From contig NC_087438.1 in NCBI RefSeq assembly GCF_036321535.1, positions 11,038,001 through 11,102,000 of the forward strand: a stretch of DNA of 64,000 nucleotides, in the 5' to 3' direction. Positions 63,020-64,000 of the stretch are shown in pieces. Within the stretch, counting starts at the first letter, position 1. Each line of letters begins with the position of its first letter. A program made the translations under genes and the position numbers. The notes beneath the pieces are model-generated. The model did not search any database. It was not told where the DNA came from and was given only the letters and a program-made list of their open reading frames with translations. The DNA comes from Camelus dromedarius (lineage: Eukaryota).

Positions 63020-64000
63020 AAGTTGATAGTCTGGGAGCAAAGCAGGTTACAAGTCCATATTAGATATCAGATGAAGTGGGTAAATACATGTGTGGCGATT
63101 ATGAGAACTTTGGCTGTTATTCTAAGTGAGACGGAAGACAGAGGAAAGCTTAGAACAGTTGCGAGACATGGCTTCATTTGTTTAAAAAGGATCATTCTGG
63201 CTGACTTTCTCACAGACTATATGCTGAAAAAATATATATTGAAAGGGGAAGCAGAGAGTGCAGTAAGGAGGGTATGGTAGTATTTCTGGTGCAAGGTGGT
63301 AATGTCTCGGACTGCAGAACAGAGGTAGAAGTAAGGATGAGAGGCTGCAGTCTAAACATGTTTCGAAAGTAGAGCTACCATAATATCCTGACAGGTTGTG
63401 AGAAAAAGAGAGGAGCTAGGGATGACACCAAGAATTTTCTCCCGAACAAATATGAAAATGCAACTGCCATTTACTGAGAATACAACAGAAGAAACAAGTT
63501 TGGTTTTGGATGTGTTGGGTTTGCAATATTTATTAGACTTCCAAGTGGGAATACCGGGGAGACAATTAGATATACTGATCTAAAATTCAAGGAAGAGAAC
63601 TGGGCTAGAGATACAAATAGAGAAATAATTTTGTGGATGGTATTTAAAGCCATGACACTGGATAAGGACACAAAGAGAATGAGTGTAGATTAAGAAGAAA
63701 AAAAGGACTGATTGGAATAATTACTCTGAAGTTCAGAGGCTGGGAGATGAGTAGGAACACATGAAGGTGATGGAGAAGAGGCAGCCATTGAGGTAGTTGG
63801 AAAAAGAGAGAAGTGTAGGTTCTGGACGCCAAGAGAAGAGCAAGCTTCAGGAAAGGCAGATCAACTGAGTTAAATGGAGTTGACAAATTGAGCAAGAGAA
63901 CAAACTGAGACTAAGCATTGGTGAGCAATGAGGACACTGACCAGAACAGCTTGGTGGAGTGGTGGAGGGGAGAGCCTGGCTGGGAGGGGTCAAGACAGAG
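63020..64000 (-). mobile_element. L2 (about 1 kb, runs off window end)
   Basis: tttggctgttattctaagtgag...tttaaaaaggatcattctggctg...ctgccatttactgaga...gatggtatttaaagccatgacactggat...cagcttggtggagtggtggagg. Confidence 0.85.

Noticed and set aside
1..64000. The many 60-180 aa ORFs in the six-frame track as host genes
   Set aside because: Eukaryotic repeat-rich DNA; the ORFs are short, often use non-ATG starts, overlap TEs or low-complexity sequence, and show no recognisable domains except L1-derived ones.

Overview
Mammalian, AT-rich, repeat-dominated non-coding DNA (intergenic or deep intronic). Three copies of a tRNA-derived SINE of the Vic-1 type, young cetartiodactyl-type L1s, and the absence of recognisable Alu, Bov-A/BovB, PRE-1 or CAN SINEs point to a camelid genome. 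I recognise no host protein-coding exon, rRNA, tRNA or CRISPR array. The only recognisable protein homologies are transposon-derived (L1 ORF1/ORF2, an ERVL gag relic). The window holds layered TEs: L2, MIR, MaLR (MLT1/MLT2), ERVL and ERV1-type LTRs, MER DNA transposons, ancient L1M elements, and young L1s and SINEs with target-site duplications (TSDs). Family names come from remembered consensus sequences, not a database search. The most unusual structure is at 42.35-46.12 kb. There, a young L1 consisting only of 5'UTR+ORF1 is fused to a strongly GC/CpG-shifted old L1 ORF2 fragment and an orphan CpG-island-like promoter (duplicated GC-box/CCAAT and ETS modules, splice donor). The block ends in a poly(A) signal and A-tract, with a degenerate candidate TSD around it, so it may be an L1-mediated promoter transduction. 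A ~120-160 bp palindrome at 20.83-20.99 kb and two short L1 tails truncated at the same base are also worth checking.
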